Source of the DNA: Bacillota bacterium
GTDB lineage: Bacteria > Sysuimicrobiota > Sysuimicrobiia > Sysuimicrobiales > Segetimicrobiaceae
Reading direction: 5' to 3'
Assembly: GCA_021324255.1 (NCBI GenBank)
Contig: JAJPJL010000119.1
Location: 3,226 to 67,225 of the forward strand
DNA: 64,000 nt
Positions 60,410-64,000 of the stretch are shown in pieces. The translations under genes and the position numbers were made by a program. How positions within the stretch are numbered: the first letter of the stretch is position 1; each line of letters opens with the position of its first letter. Under the pieces are notes generated by a model. It saw only the letters and a program-made list of their open reading frames with translations, was not told the DNA's origin and searched no databases.

Positions 60410-62008
60410 TCATCTGTGATGGCGCGCGGATGCGCCTGCGGCCGCTGCGCAACGGTCGCGCCCGGCGGGTAGTGCGCCTCGCGGCCGCACGAGCACGCGC
60501 CGAAAGCCGTCCTGCGCGGCGACAACCGGAAACAGCGCCCGGGCGCAGGCCGCGACCCGCGGCAGCCGATCGAACGTGCCGCGCCAGATCACGACCGCGC
60601 GCACGTTCGGGCGTTCGAGCGCCGATTCCACGGAGGCTTCGGTGAGGTTCCCCGATGCCACGCGCACCAGCGACGTGTCGATGACGGCGGCGGGCACGAG
60701 ACGGCCCGCCAGAAACGGGACCAGCGGATCGTCCGTGACCACCGCCTCCGCGGGCGGTACGCTCGCGGCCACGGTCTCGCTCGCCGCGCGGAGCGCCGGG
60801 GAGGATGGGAGCGTCGACCCGGCGCCGCCGCCGACGTAGATTGCCGCCATCACGACGGCGGTGACGGCCGCCGTGACGGCCGCGGGGCGCCCCATGCGCT
60901 CGATCCGTCGCATCGCGCCGTCGGCGCCGATGCCCGCCAGCACAGCCAGGGGCGAGATGAGCAGGATCAGGTGATGGGGCCACAGCGGGCTCAGGCTCGC
61001 GAGCGCCGCCGCGGCCGTGAGCAGCCACGCGAGGAGGATCGCCGTTGCCGTCGCGCCGGAACGCGGGGACGACGGCCGGCTCGAGTTCGCGCCGACCCAG
61101 ACGCCGAGGACCGCGGCCGCGGTGAGCGGCCACGCGTGCCAGAGAAACGCCGCGACGGCGGCGAGATTTGCCGCGGGACTGGACCCATAGACCCGCGCCG
61201 CGGCCACGTGATACCGCAAGGCCTGCGCCGGGAAGGCGGGGGTCCAGAGCACCGGTAGAAAGGTGGCGATGGCCGCGGCTGCGCCGGCGCCGATCGCTCC
61301 AAGCGGCAGGAGTGCCTCGATCGGACGGCGCCTCGGTCGATGATTGCGGTCCGCGCCCCTAAGCCGGGTGGCGCTCGGGGAGACAGGCGCGCGCGCCCAC
61401 AGGTGGTCCGCAGCGCCCCACGGCGCGGCCAGCAATGCGAGCGGGACGGCATCGACCAGCGCGCTGAGCTTCGTGAGCATCGCAAGGCCCCAGACGACGC
61501 CTGCCGCGGCCCACCGGCCGGGCGAGCGCCGGTGCGCCGCGAACCCCAACGCGACGGCCGCGGCGGCAAGGGCCGCGCTCGGCGCGTCCGTCTGGACCGT
61601 GTGAGCCGCAAGCGTGAATGCGCCGTTGCCGGCCGCGGCGCAGACGGCAAAGACGCCCGCGCGGGGCCGCTCCCGTGCCGCGGCGAGGGCAAACAGCGCG
61701 GCGAGCCAGAGCCCCGACGCCAGCACGGCGGTCGCGCGGGCCGTGGCGATCGTGGGCCCGGCCGCCCGGTAGGCGAGGCGGAGCGCCGCGATATACGCGG
61801 GGGGTTGGCTGAGAAAGACCTGGCGATAGAGCGCGGACCCGTGCGTCCACGCGAGCGCCGTCTCCGCGTACACGCCTTCGTCGTAGTCATACGCCGCGGG
61901 GTACGGCGCCTGGAGCACCTGCCAGACCTGCCACCCCATGTCGAGGGCGATGACGCACGCGGCCACGGCCGCCCATGCACGAGAGCGCGCGGATGGAGCG
62001 AAGGGCAT
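60410..62008 (-). CDS. GT-C fold membrane glycosyltransferase (ArnT/PMT-like)
   Basis: YDYDEGVY, FLSQPP, LAMLTK, WPHH; many TM helices; start uncertain. Confidence 0.8.
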   Translation of the reverse strand: MPFAPSARSRAWAAVAACVIALDMGWQVWQVLQAPYPAAYDYDEGVYAETALAWTHGSALYRQVFLSQPPAYIAALRLAYRAAGPTIATARATAVLASGLWLAALFALAAARERPRAGVFAVCAAAGNGAFTLAAHTVQTDAPSAALAAAAVALGFAAHRRSPGRWAAAGVVWGLAMLTKLSALVDAVPLALLAAPWGAADHLWARAPVSPSATRLRGADRNHRPRRRPIEALLPLGAIGAGAAAAIATFLPVLWTPAFPAQALRYHVAAARVYGSSPAANLAAVAAFLWHAWPLTAAAVLGVWVGANSSRPSSPRSGATATAILLAWLLTAAAALASLSPLWPHHLILLISPLAVLAGIGADGAMRRIERMGRPAAVTAAVTAVVMAAIYVGGGAGSTLPSSPALRAASETVAASVPPAEAVVTDDPLVPFLAGRLVPAAVIDTSLVRVASGNLTEASVESALERPNVRAVVIWRGTFDRLPRVAACARALFPVVAAQDGFRRVLVRPRGALPAGRDRCAAAAGASARHHR

Positions 62009-62138
62009 CGCGCAGCGTATTCTTGCAGGGCACGCGTATCCCCCTCGGCGCGGCACGCATCGTCGCGGGATCCGTGGAACGAGGACGACATCGCTGTCAT
62101 GACGAGATCATGGGCCGCAGGGACACCGGATCGGGGCA

Positions 62139-62166
62139 TTGACACGAGGCCGCGCCGGCGTACAAT
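62139..62166 (+). promoter_or_regulatory. Near-consensus sigma70 promoter
   Basis: TTGACA-16 nt-TACAAT. Confidence 0.75.
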
Positions 62167-62220
62167 GAGGGTGAGACGGGTCGCGACCCAGTGACCCCAA
62201 CCCGGGACGGGGAGGCGACG

Positions 62221-62289
62221 ATGCGACGAGCAAATCGCCTGTCGCGTATCAATACGGACAGCGGCCGGGAGACTCCACCGAAGAAGTAA
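62221..62289 (+). CDS. Putative 22-aa small ORF or leader peptide MRRANRLSRINTDSGRETPPKK
   Basis: SD GGGGAGG 5 nt before ATG; below the ORF-track size cutoff. Confidence 0.4.
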   Translation: MRRANRLSRINTDSGRETPPKK

Positions 62290-62410
62290 CGGGGCGGCGG
62301 CCGGGTCGGATTGCCGCCGTCCTTCCGGGAACCCTCAACCGGTCTCTCCGCATGAGGATGCGTCCTCACCAGGCGAGACCTGAGTCCCGCAGAGATCGGT
62401 GAGGTACATG

Positions 62411-62443
62411 AAGCGGCCGGAGGCACCGCGCCTCCGGCCGCTT
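62411..62443 (+). terminator. Perfect 14-bp hairpin (terminator-like, weak U tract)
   Basis: AAGCGGCCGGAGGC-ACCGC-GCCTCCGGCCGCTT. Confidence 0.6.
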
Positions 62444-62446
62444 GCT

Positions 62447-62558
62447 ATGGCTGCGCGGCGATCGGCCGCGGCACCGGGGACTGCATCGCGTATTGGCCCA
62501 AGGCCGCGGACTCGGCCGCACATGGCTGCGCGGCGATCGGCCGCGGCACTGGGGACTG
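62447..62558 (+). repeat. Two 37-bp direct repeats separated by 38 bp
   Basis: ATGGCTGCGCGGCGATCGGCCGCGGCACYGGGGACTG at 62447-62483 and 62522-62558, one mismatch. Confidence 0.85.
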
Positions 62559-62620
62559 GGCTCGGGGGCGCCCCGGCTCACGCCGTGGGCACAGGAGCGG
62601 AGCGCACGCGGGTCTGGCGC
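62527..62620 (+). repeat. Degenerate copy (C) of the dispersed element
   Basis: TGCGCGGCGA...GGCTCACGCCGTGG (14 nt identical to copy B)...GGAGCG...GCGGGTCYGGC in the same order and similar spacing. Confidence 0.6.
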
Positions 62621-62723
62621 ACGCACATCGCGCATGCGGCAAGGCGCCGCGCTCGGGGTCTGTCGTGACAGGACCGGCTTGCGTTGCCGATGAAGCAACA
62701 CGCAACGTCTTGAGGAGCGTACG

Positions 62724-63908
62724 ATGCCGGCGATCGCCGAGCGCGTGGACTACTTCGGAATCGAAAGCCTGCTCAGCGAGGATGAACGCCTCGCGCGCGA
62801 CACCATCGCCCGGCTCGTCGACCGGGAGGTGATCCCCCGCATCGGCCGGGCGTGGCTCGCCGGCGAGTTTCCGCGCGATCTCATCCCCGCGCTCGGCGAT
62901 CTCCGGGCGTACGGGGCCAACCTTCCCGCCGAGTACGGGTGCGCCGGCATGAACAACGTGGCCTACGGGCTCATCATGCAGGAGCTCGAGCGCGGCGACA
63001 GCGGGGTGCGGTCGTTTGCGTCCGTCCAGGGCGCCCTCGTCATGTACCCGATCTACGAGTACGGGACGGAGGAACAGCGCCGCCGGTGGCTGCCTGCGAT
63101 GGCCGCCGGAACCAAGATCGGCTGCTTCGGGCTGACCGAGCCCACGGCCGGCAGCGATCCCGCGGCGATGCAGACGCGGGCGCGGCGAAGCGGCGCCGGG
63201 TGGGTGCTGACCGGGACGAAGATGTGGATCACGAACGGCTCGCTCGCCGACGTGGCCGTCGTGTGGGCCAAGGACGAGCAGGACGAGATCCGCGGCTTCC
63301 TCGTGGATCCCAAGCTCCCGGGGTTTGCCGTGCACGACATCCACACCAAGGCGTCCATGCGCGCCTCCGTCACCAGCGAGCTGGTCCTCGACCATGTCGA
63401 GGTGCCCGGGGACGCCGTGCTTCCCAAAGCCGTCGGCCTCGGGGCCGCGCTGCGGTGCCTCACGCAGGCGCGCTACGGGATCGCCTGGGGCGCGATCGGG
63501 GCGGCGATCGCATGCTACGAAGAGGCGCTCGCGTACGCCCGCGATCGCGTGGCCTTTGGCCGGCCGATCGCGGCCACGCAGCTGATCCAGGAGCGGCTGG
63601 TAAACATGCTCGCGGAAATCACCAAAGCCCAGTTGCTGGCGTATCATCTCGGCCGGCTGAAGGACGCGGGCCGGCTGCGATACACACAGGTCAGCCTCGC
63701 CAAGCGCAACAACGTGCGCGCCGCTCTGATCATCGCCCGGGAGGCGCGGGCCATTCTCGGCGGCTACGGCATTACGCTCGAGTACCATGCGATGCGTCAC
63801 GCCGCCAACCCCGAGACGGTGGATACGTACGAGGGGACCTACGACGTCCACACGCTGATCGTCGGGCGCGACATCACAGGGTTCGACGCGTTCGGCGCCG
63901 CCACGTGA
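62724..63908 (+). CDS. Acyl-CoA dehydrogenase, glutaryl-CoA dehydrogenase-like
   Basis: ELERGDSGVRSFASVQ, GCFGLTEP..GSDP, KMWITNG, SLAKRNN, TYEGTYDVH; SD GAGGAG. Confidence 0.92.
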   Translation: MPAIAERVDYFGIESLLSEDERLARDTIARLVDREVIPRIGRAWLAGEFPRDLIPALGDLRAYGANLPAEYGCAGMNNVAYGLIMQELERGDSGVRSFASVQGALVMYPIYEYGTEEQRRRWLPAMAAGTKIGCFGLTEPTAGSDPAAMQTRARRSGAGWVLTGTKMWITNGSLADVAVVWAKDEQDEIRGFLVDPKLPGFAVHDIHTKASMRASVTSELVLDHVEVPGDAVLPKAVGLGAALRCLTQARYGIAWGAIGAAIACYEEALAYARDRVAFGRPIAATQLIQERLVNMLAEITKAQLLAYHLGRLKDAGRLRYTQVSLAKRNNVRAALIIAREARAILGGYGITLEYHAMRHAANPETVDTYEGTYDVHTLIVGRDITGFDAFGAAT

Positions 63909-64000
63909 CACCGTCCGTGGGGCGCCGTCCGGCGTGTCCCGCGAGGACGTGACCGCGGGCGCGCCGGACGCGATCGCCGCGCCCATCGTTTCGGCGGAGG

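Larger units (their letters stand above)
62172..62443 (+). ncRNA. Candidate structured RNA or leader of unknown class
   Basis: Follows a strong promoter; several nested stems; ends in a perfect 14-bp hairpin. Confidence 0.45.

Noticed and set aside
62447-62558. Bona fide CRISPR array
   Set aside because: Only two repeats, no AT-rich leader, no cas genes, and the repeat overlaps the dispersed element; kept only as a repeat and a finding.
62415-62685. T-box (GGAGGCACCGCG) or RNase P 3' end (GACAGGACCGGCTTG)
   Set aside because: The T-box needs UGGN in the bulge and a stem I; RNase P needs GAGGAAAGUCC and the other conserved regions. None of these is present.

Overview
High-GC bacterial chromosomal window. 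The first ~29 kb is a housekeeping block in Bacillota-like gene order (efp, rpsO-pnp, M16 peptidase, dapB-asd-dapA, uracil-DNA glycosylase, rnj, ftsK, rodZ-like, cinA, thpR, recA-recX, rny, ymdB, spoVS, PHP). It carries Gram-positive-type regulatory signals: a LexA box inside the recA promoter and a sigmaH-type promoter at spoVS. recA-recX is followed by a tightly coupled UvrD/PD-(D/E)XK helicase-nuclease, an SbcD-like nuclease and a membrane-anchored SbcC/YhaN-like ATPase. rny is interrupted by one in-frame TAG. Next come selA-selB, two TPP-decarboxylase subunits and tRNA-Sec, followed by a ~3 kb lower-GC patch (membrane protein, second LexA box, S1 protease with a tandem C-terminal domain, small secreted protein). 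The rest is metabolic and transport genes: mscS, hutP-terminator-hutH, sugar ABC, ZIP, DHA2 MFS, thyX, class III aminotransferase, fumC, CoA-transferase, ECF S component, PPOX, MerR-RND efflux, CDGSH protein, GT-C glycosyltransferase and acyl-CoA dehydrogenase. The most unexplained signals are non-coding: (1) a dispersed ~100-200 nt intergenic element present in 2 clear and 2-3 degenerate copies, always oriented toward and shortly upstream of a gene; (2) a near-consensus promoter driving a ~270 nt highly structured RNA with a 22-codon ORF upstream of the acyl-CoA dehydrogenase. All alignments and folds were done by eye; no database searches were run.
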